A stretch of DNA of 64,000 nt from Bdellovibrionales bacterium (GTDB lineage Bacteria > Bdellovibrionota > Bdellovibrionia > Bdellovibrionales > CAYMLA01): NCBI GenBank assembly GCA_965217115.1, contig OZ244239.1:96001-160000 (forward strand). Reading direction: 5' to 3'. Shown here one piece after another: positions 8,788-18,333 of this stretch. The translations under genes were made by a program, and so were the position numbers. Each line of letters begins with the position of its first letter. Position 1 is the stretch's first letter. The notes beneath the pieces are model-generated. The model saw nothing but the letters and a program-made list of their open reading frames with translations, was not told the origin of the DNA and did not search any database.

Positions 8788-10096
8788 ACCCTATCAAGTG
8801 GCAATTGTGGGGCGGCCCAATGTGGGTAAATCGACACTGTTCAATATAATGACGGGAACCCGAAATGCCGTGGTGAAGAATCAACCAGGGGTGACAAGAG
8901 ACATTCAAATAGGCATGGCCGATGTGTGGGAAAAAAGGTTTGAAATTATTGATACAGGTGGATTAACGGAGGCGGCAGATACTTTTTCGTTATTGATTCG
9001 CGAACAGGTTTTAAGCTTGTTGCGAGATGTAGACTTACTCTTAGTCGTGATGGACGGGAGAGCAGGAGTCATCCCTGAGGATCGTGAACTGATGAGAATA
9101 GTGAGTGAATCAGATCGCCCGTACACAATTATTGCTAACAAAATAGATCGTATTGCGAATGAAGAATTGGCTAAATCTGAATTCTATGAGTTTGGTGCAG
9201 ATGTTATTGGAACCGCTTTTGAGACACGTCGAGGATTGGCTGATATTTTGGAGTGGTTAGAGAAAAACGTTGAAGATGTGAAGATTCCAGAAAAAGAGGG
9301 TCCTACAATTGCTATTGTTGGTAAACCCAATGTTGGAAAGAGTTCGATGGTGAATCATCTCTTAGGGATGTCACGCATGCTTGTTTCTGATATCGCAGGT
9401 ACGACAGTGGATGCTGTGGATTCACAGATGATGTATGAGGATAAGAAATATGTATTGGTGGACACAGCCGGATTGCGTAGGTCGGCTAAGCGCAAAGAAG
9501 ATATAGAGGTTCTGTCAGCGTTTAAATCGCGGGACGCCATTTCACGGGCGAATCTGGTATGGCTTTTTGTGGATGGTCGTGAAGGTCCAACTGATCAAGA
9601 CGCTCGTATTATTCAGGAAATTTTAGAAAAGCACAAAGGCGTTATATTAGTCGCCAATAAATCAGACCTGGGAGAAGATGAGATCCCTGCCTATCGTCAG
9701 ACCTTCCGTGAGAAACTGGCTGAAGAGTTGCACTTTTATGTAGATATTCCTTTGGTATTTGTAAGTGCTAAGACGGGGCAAGGAGTTAAGAAGTTATTTT
9801 CAACTGTGGACGATGTGTATAAGAAATTAACTTTTAAAGTTTCAACCAGTGAATTAAACGATTTCTTCTTTCAAGTGATCCGTCAAGCTCCGGCACCTGT
9901 TTATGGAGTCAAAGCGGTAAAATTTTATTATTTAACTCAAACCCATCAAGTGCCGCCAAGCTTTATTGCTTTTGCAAACCACCCTGATGGAGTTGATTCA
10001 TCTTATCGTCGTTTTCTTGCTAAAAGAATACGGCAGCGCTGGGGGCTTGAAGGAATTCCCATTCGTATTTTCGTGATGAAGAGCCGGAGTCGTTAG
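8768..10096 (+). CDS. der: Ribosome biogenesis GTPase Der (EngA)
   Basis: Two G domains (GRPNVGKSTL, GKPNVGKSS; DTGG, DTAG) and a C-terminal KH-like domain. Confidence 0.97.
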   Translation: MPSQRLRPYQVAIVGRPNVGKSTLFNIMTGTRNAVVKNQPGVTRDIQIGMADVWEKRFEIIDTGGLTEAADTFSLLIREQVLSLLRDVDLLLVVMDGRAGVIPEDRELMRIVSESDRPYTIIANKIDRIANEELAKSEFYEFGADVIGTAFETRRGLADILEWLEKNVEDVKIPEKEGPTIAIVGKPNVGKSSMVNHLLGMSRMLVSDIAGTTVDAVDSQMMYEDKKYVLVDTAGLRRSAKRKEDIEVLSAFKSRDAISRANLVWLFVDGREGPTDQDARIIQEILEKHKGVILVANKSDLGEDEIPAYRQTFREKLAEELHFYVDIPLVFVSAKTGQGVKKLFSTVDDVYKKLTFKVSTSELNDFFFQVIRQAPAPVYGVKAVKFYYLTQTHQVPPSFIAFANHPDGVDSSYRRFLAKRIRQRWGLEGIPIRIFVMKSRSR

Positions 10097-10098
10097 AT

Positions 10099-11460
10099 AT
10101 GGTTAAGAAGCGTAGTTATTGGAATTCTCGGTTAGGGCTGTACTTGGCTGCAGTAGGAACCTCTTTTGGCTTAGGGAATCTCTGGCGTTTCCCCTATGTT
10201 ATTAGTGAAAATGATGGTGGAGGTTTTCTCTTACTTTATATTTTTGTAATGGCGGTTGTAGGTTTACCGATACTTATTGCTGAATTTATTTTAGGGAAAT
10301 GGACTGAGAGGGGTTTAGTTGAGTCAGTTGGACTGATGACCTTGCATCGAGGGTTGAAAGCGTCCAATCGCTATTTGACTCTGAGTAAAATTCCAATAAT
10401 TGTTAATGTTATCCTGATGGCCTACTATGCAGTCATTAGTGGGTGGGTTTTGTATTTTGGAATGCAATTTCTCGTGCAAATCTTTGGAGTTGTTCATGGT
10501 GACTCGGTTTCTATTTCAAAGTTTTTAATGACTAACGGGATCTTACAGTTGGCCCTAGTTAGCGTACATCTTTTGCTAGCTTGTACAGTGGTGGCCAAAG
10601 GTCTTCAGGATGGTCTAGAAAAATGGGTTAGTTATTTGGTCCCATTTTTTGCCGTGTCGGTTCTCATACTTGTCACTCAATCATTGTCCTTGGAGTCAGC
10701 GCAGGAGTCGTTGAGGTTTTTGTTTTATCCTAATTTTTCTAAATTGACATCTTCATCACTGGGGGATGCGATAGGACATGCCCTTTTTACGATGAGTCTC
10801 GGGGTGGGGACAATGGTGACATTTGGTAGTTATATGCGTGAGGAGGATAAAATATCTTCTGTCAGCTTAAGGGTCGCAGCTGCAGATGTGGTGATGTCGA
10901 TTATGGCGGGTTTATTGATATTCCCTATTCTGTTTGCTGCCGGCAGAGAAGTGACTGGCCCAACGATGTTTTTTGAATCCATCCCCAATTATTTTCTTCA
11001 AATTAAATGGGGAGTCTATTTTGGTTTTTTCTTTTTTATTTGTCTTTATATGGCATCTTTAGGCTCTACCATTGCTCTGTTAGAGACAGTTGTTGCAAAT
11101 GTCACTGAGCATAAGCGCATTGGAAGGAACAAGGCTCTATGGTGGGTTGGGGGTGTGGTCTTTCTCCTATCCATAATACCAGCGTTGTCCAGCGCTCTAA
11201 CTCATTTATTGAGTTATGATGTGAATCTATTTGTTTGGATTGATAATGTTTTGATTAATTGGTTTTTACCGATTGGCGCATTGGGTGTTTTAGTTGTAGT
11301 GGCTTATAATATGAAAGATGAAGTAAGAAAACAACTCTTTGTGGATGAGAGGCAGGAAGCGACTTTCAATTTGTATAAAGACTGGCTCTTTGCTCTAAAG
11401 TGGATATGTCCTCTGGTGATTATTGCAGGGTTGTTGTTACAGATTTATAGCCTTTTTTAG
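10099..11460 (+). CDS. Sodium-dependent transporter, NSS/SNF family
   Basis: GLGNLWRFPY and FTMSLGVGTMVTFGSY motifs, about 11 TM segments. Confidence 0.92.
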   Translation: MVKKRSYWNSRLGLYLAAVGTSFGLGNLWRFPYVISENDGGGFLLLYIFVMAVVGLPILIAEFILGKWTERGLVESVGLMTLHRGLKASNRYLTLSKIPIIVNVILMAYYAVISGWVLYFGMQFLVQIFGVVHGDSVSISKFLMTNGILQLALVSVHLLLACTVVAKGLQDGLEKWVSYLVPFFAVSVLILVTQSLSLESAQESLRFLFYPNFSKLTSSSLGDAIGHALFTMSLGVGTMVTFGSYMREEDKISSVSLRVAAADVVMSIMAGLLIFPILFAAGREVTGPTMFFESIPNYFLQIKWGVYFGFFFFICLYMASLGSTIALLETVVANVTEHKRIGRNKALWWVGGVVFLLSIIPALSSALTHLLSYDVNLFVWIDNVLINWFLPIGALGVLVVVAYNMKDEVRKQLFVDERQEATFNLYKDWLFALKWICPLVIIAGLLLQIYSLF

Positions 11461-11482
11461 AGATACGCCTAAATGCTTAGGG

Positions 11483-12271
11483 TTAAAAATTAACTCCCAG
11501 GAGTCCAAGAATAGAGAGAACATCCCCGTCAGGTTTAACGCCAGAACTGACAGTTTCTCCATCGCCGTTTTGAACTGGCAGGGCGCTACTTTCATCGGGG
11601 AAATTGACTAGGTGGAAAGCGGCTTCGATTCCAAAATACATTTTATTTCGTAGCATGGGAACTTCCAGACCTGCACCTATGTCGATGGAAGTACTCCCGT
11701 CCTCTGGTGTATAGTCTTGGCCGACAACAGAGAAGAGCCTTTTATATTGAGAGAAACCACCTATAACGTAGGGGTTGAGATCGGCGAGACCCCGGGTCAC
11801 ATTTTGCGTGTTAAAGTAGTACTTGAGGTTAAAGGCCGTGGTGGTGATGGAAGTGTTTCCGCTTAAGGACCCTCCATTGCCTGAAACTGAGAACGGGTGA
11901 CTTCCTGTCCGGTAGGAAGTCTGTAGGGCAAAGCGGAGATCAAAAAAGTAGCTGAGGAAAAGTCCGTAGGAGGAGCCTGTTTTGTAGATCTTTCCCATAT
12001 TGGAGGTGAATGTTCTTAGACCAGCCAAAAAGCCAACGTTCAGAAGCCGGCCATTGCGGAAGAAATTGACATCGGCCTCTTCTTGGGAAGCCTCGTCAAA
12101 TTCACTGTAATCGGCGAAAGGGTCGTAGGAATCGTCTTCACTTGCCTGGGCCACCTTGTAGAGGTTCTCCGTGAAGAAGAGAGGCCTCTGTGGCTCTTGC
12201 CCATGGAGAGAACTTGCAGAGAAGAAGAGAGATAGGAGGAAGGAAGTGAGTGTGATCCAAGAAAAATTCAT
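11483..12271 (-). CDS. Outer membrane beta-barrel protein
   Basis: Signal peptide from MNFSW (ATG 12271), amphipathic strands (NPYVIGG, GAGLEVP), terminal F. Confidence 0.7.
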   Translation of the reverse strand: MNFSWITLTSFLLSLFFSASSLHGQEPQRPLFFTENLYKVAQASEDDSYDPFADYSEFDEASQEEADVNFFRNGRLLNVGFLAGLRTFTSNMGKIYKTGSSYGLFLSYFFDLRFALQTSYRTGSHPFSVSGNGGSLSGNTSITTTAFNLKYYFNTQNVTRGLADLNPYVIGGFSQYKRLFSVVGQDYTPEDGSTSIDIGAGLEVPMLRNKMYFGIEAAFHLVNFPDESSALPVQNGDGETVSSGVKPDGDVLSILGLLGVNF

Positions 12272-12395
12272 TTTCGCCTCAAAGGAATAGTACAAATTAT
12301 AAAGGGTTATCGGCTTTATTGAGGGTCCCCTTAAATATCTAAATTTTATGTGCAATTTTGAGTTTTGATTGGTATAAAACAGTGACACAATAGGA

Positions 12396-13418
12396 GTGAG
12401 AATGTCCTCGGTCTATAAAAAGTCAGGTGTTGATGTTGAGGCTGGTGATGCCCTTGTGGATTGGCTTAAAGAGACCTCTCCTAAGAAATTCCCCCACCAA
12501 GATCGAGTTTGTGCTGGAATTGGAGGTTTTGCCTCCCTTTTTCGCATTGATTTCCCGGAGATGGAAGAGCCTTGCCTGGTGAGTTCCACCGATGGTGTGG
12601 GGACAAAGTTGAAATTGGCAGTGCATTACCAGAAATTCGAGACCATTGGTCAGGATTTAGTGGCTATGTGTGTGAATGATTTGATTTGCTGTGGAGCTAT
12701 GCCGCTCTTCTTTCTTGATTATTATGCCACAGGAAAATTACAGTTAGAAGAGGCTAAGTCTTTTTTGGGTGGATTGCGGCGGGCCTGCTCGGAAGCACAG
12801 GTTGCCCTTATTGGTGGAGAGACTGCGGAGATGCCAGGGGTTTATAGTGACGGAGATTTTGACTGTGCAGGTTTTTCGGTGGGCGTCGTCGATCGTCAGA
12901 ATGTTCTTGGTCCAGAGAAAGTCAGGGCTGGAGATGTCTTGTTGGCAGTGGCCAGTTCTGGTTTTCATAGCAACGGTTACTCTCTACTTAGAAAAATATT
13001 CTCTGAAGATTTAAATCTTTATGAGCATGAACTGATGACGCCTACGACATTGTATGTAGATTTAGCTTTAAAAGTAAAAAAGAGAGTTCATGCTCTTGCT
13101 AATATTACAGGTGGCGGTGTTGATAATATTCTGCGTGTCATTCCTAAAGGAATGGAGGTGGAGCTGAATTCTTGGGTGTGGCCTGAAATCTATTCAGAAG
13201 TTCTAGAGAGAACCAAAGCACCTAAGAGTGATATTTTGAAAACCTTAAATTGTGGTGTAGGTCTTGTGATGATTCTTCCTGAAGATAAGGTGTCTGATGT
13301 TATGAGAGATGGAGAGGAATTAGGTCATAAAATTTTCCCTATAGGTTGTGTTAAAGATGGGCTTGGTGGAGATGGCAAAGAGCCTTGTTTTTTAAATTGG
13401 AACTCGTTTAGTCAGTAA
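12396..13418 (+). CDS. purM: AIR synthetase
   Basis: YKKSGVD, STDGVGTK, GGETAEMP, SSGFHSNG. Confidence 0.97.
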   Translation: MRMSSVYKKSGVDVEAGDALVDWLKETSPKKFPHQDRVCAGIGGFASLFRIDFPEMEEPCLVSSTDGVGTKLKLAVHYQKFETIGQDLVAMCVNDLICCGAMPLFFLDYYATGKLQLEEAKSFLGGLRRACSEAQVALIGGETAEMPGVYSDGDFDCAGFSVGVVDRQNVLGPEKVRAGDVLLAVASSGFHSNGYSLLRKIFSEDLNLYEHELMTPTTLYVDLALKVKKRVHALANITGGGVDNILRVIPKGMEVELNSWVWPEIYSEVLERTKAPKSDILKTLNCGVGLVMILPEDKVSDVMRDGEELGHKIFPIGCVKDGLGGDGKEPCFLNWNSFSQ

Positions 13419-13427
13419 GGTCATTTT

Positions 13428-13973
13428 ATGAGAAAAAATTGGGCAGTATTTATCTCTGGTCGTGGTTCAAACATGGCAGCCTTGTTTGAGTTGGGTTCGG
13501 CATTATCTATTTCTCTAGTGGTGAGTTCAAAGAGAGATTGTCCCGGAGTGAGGAGAGCGCGAAGATTTGGAGTGCCAGTGAAGTTCTTCTCTAAAGATGA
13601 TGACTGGACTGAGTTGACGGCAGAATTGCAAGGCATGGGTGTGAATCATTTATTTCTAGCGGGGTTTATGAGGATCTTGCCAAAAGGTTTTGTTGAGCAA
13701 TGGCAAGGGAGAATATGGAATGTGCATCCAAGTCTGTTGCCAAAGTACCCTGGATTGAATTCCATGGAGAGAGCTTTTTCTGATAAATCAGACATGGGGA
13801 TATCTCTCCATCAAGTTGACTCAGGGGTGGACACGGGTTTGCTTGTAAAGCAGAAAATAGTTTTTTCCAGTGAAGATATGAAGAGACGAGGTGAAGGTGA
13901 GTTCTCTGAGACAGAATTTCTGATGCACAGGATGGAGCATCGTTTGGTACAGGAGGTATTGCCATGTCTATGA
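13428..13973 (+). CDS. purN: GAR formyltransferase
   Basis: ISGRGSNM, LAGFMRIL, NVHPSLLPKYPG, DTG. Confidence 0.92.
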   Translation: MRKNWAVFISGRGSNMAALFELGSALSISLVVSSKRDCPGVRRARRFGVPVKFFSKDDDWTELTAELQGMGVNHLFLAGFMRILPKGFVEQWQGRIWNVHPSLLPKYPGLNSMERAFSDKSDMGISLHQVDSGVDTGLLVKQKIVFSSEDMKRRGEGEFSETEFLMHRMEHRLVQEVLPCL

Positions 13974-15250
13974 GTTCTGAATTTGTGCTGATCTCTGCCT
14001 TTGGGCGTGGAAATTGGTTGGCCGTGGAATTAGTTGAGCAGGGTCACAAAGTCTCATTGGTTGATGTCACGGAAAAGATGGGTCATTGGTCCCCTGAAGA
14101 CTGGGAGGGGCCATTCGGTGTTCTCACTTCTAAGCGATTAAGCTTTTTACAAAAAGAGAGGCTTGTTAGTGATGAGATAATAATTCAACAGCCAGGAGGG
14201 ATAACTTTCTGGTTGAAAGATCGTCCTCTGGAATTAATGGGGCCCATCACAAAATATCAGTTAGATAAACAGAGAGTGAGCTTAAACTCCCATGATTATA
14301 TTTCCAGTTATGATTCTTTAAATCAGAAGCAACGGGAGAATAGACAGAAGGAATTAGAGGAAGATGATTTTTCCCATAGTTGGATGGCCTATTTCGCTCA
14401 TCAATGGAGTGCGGCGAGTATGGGAGAGTTTAATTTAGGTTTTATCTCAGAGAAACCATTGCCTCTTTTTTCAAAATTTAATATACGCCAAGCAACTAGA
14501 GGAGGCATGCAACAGTCTCTTGATTGGTGTGAGTCTAAAGGTGTGAAAGTTCATCGTCATGCCAGTATTGAAGATATTGTCAGTGAAAGAAAAACAGTGG
14601 AAGGGTTTGAGATATCTGGTGAGAAGAGTGGGTTTCTTAAGGGAGATGAATTTATCTGGTGTTTATCCAGTGAAGAAGCTATGCGTTTTAAAGAGAGAAT
14701 TTGGAAGCCATTATTTCCCCAGGGTCATGTAAAGCCAGAATGGGTTTGGATGCGTTATCGAATTAGATTTATTCAAGGGGAGGAACACCTAGTGCTGCCG
14801 AACCACACCGTGATGATTAATAATCTTTTTCTACCATGGACCCATGAAAACCTGTGTGTCCTGCAAAAAACAGTGTTGGATAATGAAATAGATATCTGGC
14901 TACGTGTGCCTAACACTCAAAGAGCCAATAGTTTTTATATTAAACAACTCGGACAGAAAATATTGCTTCAGTTTCGGCAACGAATGCAAGATGCTGATGT
15001 TGAAATATCTGATTATCCCCATGAGATAAAATACAACTATGATGAGTTAGGGCCTAGCCGTTTTCCTGTCTATGACTTGAAGAGTTTGTTGGCACTGAAG
15101 AGAGTTCGTTTTATGAACCTTCATTACGATGGCCCTGAGTGTTGGGAACGCTTGGATTGGGAGGGAATGTTTGAATATCAGGAATTAATATTGAATGACA
15201 TTAAAGAGAATTATCAGTCTGAAGAGATGAATGAGGAGCTATTGACGTGA
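13964..15250 (+). CDS. Hypothetical protein with a degenerate N-terminal Rossmann-like beta-alpha-beta
   Basis: 428-aa ORF overlapping purN and purB. N-terminus FVLISAFGRGNWLAVELVEQGHKVSLVD. Confidence 0.75.
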   Translation: MSMSSEFVLISAFGRGNWLAVELVEQGHKVSLVDVTEKMGHWSPEDWEGPFGVLTSKRLSFLQKERLVSDEIIIQQPGGITFWLKDRPLELMGPITKYQLDKQRVSLNSHDYISSYDSLNQKQRENRQKELEEDDFSHSWMAYFAHQWSAASMGEFNLGFISEKPLPLFSKFNIRQATRGGMQQSLDWCESKGVKVHRHASIEDIVSERKTVEGFEISGEKSGFLKGDEFIWCLSSEEAMRFKERIWKPLFPQGHVKPEWVWMRYRIRFIQGEEHLVLPNHTVMINNLFLPWTHENLCVLQKTVLDNEIDIWLRVPNTQRANSFYIKQLGQKILLQFRQRMQDADVEISDYPHEIKYNYDELGPSRFPVYDLKSLLALKRVRFMNLHYDGPECWERLDWEGMFEYQELILNDIKENYQSEEMNEELLT

Positions 15251-16539
15251 TTGAACGATACACTCGACCTGTTATGGGAGAAATTTGGCAATTAGAAAAT
15301 CGCTTTATGAAAATGTTAGAGGTTGAGAAAGCCGTAGCTACTGTTCAGGCTGAAATGGGAATGATACCGAAGGTAGCGGCAAGTGCTATTAATAAAAAAA
15401 GCTGTTTTGATGTTAAGAGGATTTTACAAATAGAGAAAACAACCCGTCATGATGTGATTGCCTTTGTTAGTTGTGTCGCAGAGAGCGTGGGAAAACATGG
15501 GCGCTATATTCATTATGGTATGACCAGTTCGGATATTTTGGACTCAGCATTAAGTTTACAGATCAGGGATGCCTTTAAGGAGCTAGAAAAGGGTTTTGCC
15601 CGTTTAGATGAAGCCTTAAGAAAACAGATTAAGAATCATGGAGAGACTCTTTGTGTTGGCCGTACTCACGGGATACATGCTGAACCGACCACCTTTGGTT
15701 TGAAACTCTGCGGCTTCCTTGAAGAGCTGAAGAGAAATTTTAAGCGGGTAAAATTGGCAACAGAGCAAATGCAAATTGTAAAATTGAGTGGAGCTGTAGG
15801 AACGTACTCCTCTCAGCCAGATACAGTTGAAAAAGGTGTTGGAAAAAAACTGGGATTAAATCCCGAGATGGTTGCCACTCAGGTGATCCCCAGGGATCGT
15901 CATGCAGAGTTAATGAATAGTTTGGCTGTTTTGGGTGCAGGGCTTGAGAGATTGGCTGTTGAACTTCGTCATTTACAGAGGACAGAAGTCAATGAGGCGA
16001 TTGAGGGTTTTCGTCCAGGGCAAAAAGGCTCTAGTGCGATGCCTCATAAGAAAAACCCAATTAGCTCAGAGAATATCACAGGGGTGGCGCGTTTGCTGAG
16101 AGGCTATGCTATAACAGCACTAGAGAATGTGGCACTTTGGCATGAGAGAGACATCAGCCATTCTTCAGCCGAGAGAGTGATTTTTCCAGATGGGTTTATT
16201 TTGGCAGACTACGCTCTTCACCGCATGGCTGAAGTGATGGAGAACTTGCAGGTCAATAAAGAGAGAATGTTAGAAAATATGAACTTATCTCAGGGACAGG
16301 TTTTTAGCTCCCATGTTTTGTTGTCTTTAGTTGAGAAAGGACTGTCCCGTGAAGATGCCTATGCCCATGTGCAGAGAGTGAGTCATAGCCTTGGAGTCGG
16401 AGAGCATTTAAAAACAAAACTTTTACAAGACAAAGCCATAGGGAAAATTTTATCGAAAAAAGACTTAGAGATTATTTTTTCTGGTAAGAGACATACTCAA
16501 GCTATTAGTAAGATTATACGGCGAGCTTTAAAAAAATAG
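15247..16539 (+). CDS. purB: Adenylosuccinate lyase
   Basis: TRHDV, GMTSSD, GRTHG, GSSAMPHKKNP. Confidence 0.98.
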   Translation: MIERYTRPVMGEIWQLENRFMKMLEVEKAVATVQAEMGMIPKVAASAINKKSCFDVKRILQIEKTTRHDVIAFVSCVAESVGKHGRYIHYGMTSSDILDSALSLQIRDAFKELEKGFARLDEALRKQIKNHGETLCVGRTHGIHAEPTTFGLKLCGFLEELKRNFKRVKLATEQMQIVKLSGAVGTYSSQPDTVEKGVGKKLGLNPEMVATQVIPRDRHAELMNSLAVLGAGLERLAVELRHLQRTEVNEAIEGFRPGQKGSSAMPHKKNPISSENITGVARLLRGYAITALENVALWHERDISHSSAERVIFPDGFILADYALHRMAEVMENLQVNKERMLENMNLSQGQVFSSHVLLSLVEKGLSREDAYAHVQRVSHSLGVGEHLKTKLLQDKAIGKILSKKDLEIIFSGKRHTQAISKIIRRALKK

Positions 16540-16548
16540 GAGATATCA

Positions 16549-17316
16549 TTGATGACTTGGGAAAAAGATAAACTCTTATATGATGGCAAGGCCAAGAAAG
16601 TTTACACCGTCAAAGGTTATGACGACTTGGTATTAATGGAGTACAAAGACAACCTAACGGCTTTTAATGGAGAGAAGAAATCTAGTCTTGAGGATAAAGG
16701 GCAGGTGAATCGTAAGATTGCCTCTTTTATCTTTAAATACTTGAGGAAGAAAAAAATTGAAAGTCATTACGTGGGTGACATCGCTGAAACTAGCATGGTG
16801 GCCAAGAAGGTTGGAATCATACCTTTAGAGGTTGTGGTGAGAAACTATCTAGCAGGTTCGACGGCAAAGAAATTTGCCTTAGACGAAGGGACTGTCATTG
16901 AAAAACCTTTGGTGGAGTTCTTCTATAAGAGAGATGATCTAAATGATCCGTTTATTAGTGATGATCAAGCATTGATGTTAGAGATTGCTACTCAGAGTGA
17001 ATTGGATGATTTAAAAGTAAGAGCCTTAGCGGTAAATACTGTCCTAAGAGAGTTATTTGATCGGGCGGGAATAGAGTTGATTGATTTTAAATTAGAATTT
17101 GGCAGATTATCGTCGGGGGATTTAATTTTGGCAGATGAGATATCTCCCGATAGTTGTCGTCTATGGAATAAAGAAACTGGTGAAAAGATGGACAAGGATC
17201 GTTTTCGCCATGGTTTGGGTGATGTGATTGAAAACTATAAGGAAGTGTATAGACGAATTTTAGAGGTGGGAGGCATTGAAAATGCCGAAATTCAATCAGA
17301 GGAGGCATTTAGGTGA
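16549..17316 (+). CDS. purC: SAICAR synthetase
   Basis: YDGKAK, IPLEVVVRN, DFKLEFG, LADEISPDSCRLW, DKDRFR. Confidence 0.97.
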   Translation: MMTWEKDKLLYDGKAKKVYTVKGYDDLVLMEYKDNLTAFNGEKKSSLEDKGQVNRKIASFIFKYLRKKKIESHYVGDIAETSMVAKKVGIIPLEVVVRNYLAGSTAKKFALDEGTVIEKPLVEFFYKRDDLNDPFISDDQALMLEIATQSELDDLKVRALAVNTVLRELFDRAGIELIDFKLEFGRLSSGDLILADEISPDSCRLWNKETGEKMDKDRFRHGLGDVIENYKEVYRRILEVGGIENAEIQSEEAFR

Positions 17317-17555
17317 AAGTGGGTGTAAAGATTATGCCAAGAAAAGAAGTATTGGACTCTCAAGGTAGAGCGGTGGAGGACACTTTAAAAAACCATGGTC
17401 ATCAGTTGCACAGTTGTCGTGTGGGCAAGTTTATTGAGTTAGATTTAGGTGATTGTAGTGAAGAAGATGCCCTAGATAAGGCTGGGGAAATTGCTAAGTT
17501 TGTTCTACACAATGAGTTGATTGAGAATTACGAGCTTTTAATTTTAGGAAATTAG
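17313..17555 (+). CDS. purS: FGAM synthase subunit PurS
   Basis: VLDSQG, RVGK, LHNELIENY. Lies between purC and purQ. Confidence 0.93.
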   Translation: MKVGVKIMPRKEVLDSQGRAVEDTLKNHGHQLHSCRVGKFIELDLGDCSEEDALDKAGEIAKFVLHNELIENYELLILGN

Positions 17556-17610
17556 TTTGGAAGTTTTTTGATTGATTTGAGTTATTATTTAGCCCGTGTG
17601 AGGAGAGTTT

Positions 17611-18333
17611 GTGAAAAAGATAGGTGTGGTTCGGTTCCCTGGAACTAACTGTGATAGAGATATTTGGCAAGCCATAGAGGAGGCGGGTAACACACCTTCT
17701 TGGATGTGGCATAAGGACTGCTATGATTGGCAGGAGTTTGATTCAATTATCATTCCAGGTGGATTTAGTTATGGAGATTATTTATATGCAGGGGCGTTGG
17801 CAGCAAAGAGTTTTGTGATGAAAACGGTGATTGAAGCAGCGGGGAAGGGCGTTCCTATTTTGGGTATCTGTAATGGTTTTCAGATACTATGTAATTGTGG
17901 ATTGCTACCAGGGGTGTTGGTTCGCAATAAGAGTGTGCGTTTTATTGACGAGTGGGTCGAGTTAGAAATGAAGACCTCTTGTGCTGAATGGACCTGTGGT
18001 TATGACACTGGGGAGACATTGCGTCTTCCCATTGCCCATGGAGAGGGTTGCTATTATTTAGAAGAGAAGAAGCTTCAGAGCTTATACAGTAATGATCAAG
18101 TGTGGCTAAAATACAAGAATAACCCTAATGGTTCTGTAGATGATATTGCAGGGGTCTTAAATAAAGAGGGAAATGTGGCGGGTCTAATGCCCCACCCAGA
18201 GAGAGCGATGTTTCCATGGATGGGTGGAGAAGATGGTGTCTCATTTTTTAATAGGGACTTATTAAAAAACAACGATGGTCTCAAGCAGAAACCGTTAGAG
18301 AATAATAATAGTATTAGTAGAGGTTCGAGATGA
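17611..18333 (+). CDS. purQ: FGAM synthase glutaminase subunit
   Basis: FPGTNCD, PGGFSYGDYL, GICNGFQ, AHGEG, MPHPER. Confidence 0.97.
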   Translation: MKKIGVVRFPGTNCDRDIWQAIEEAGNTPSWMWHKDCYDWQEFDSIIIPGGFSYGDYLYAGALAAKSFVMKTVIEAAGKGVPILGICNGFQILCNCGLLPGVLVRNKSVRFIDEWVELEMKTSCAEWTCGYDTGETLRLPIAHGEGCYYLEEKKLQSLYSNDQVWLKYKNNPNGSVDDIAGVLNKEGNVAGLMPHPERAMFPWMGGEDGVSFFNRDLLKNNDGLKQKPLENNNSISRGSR

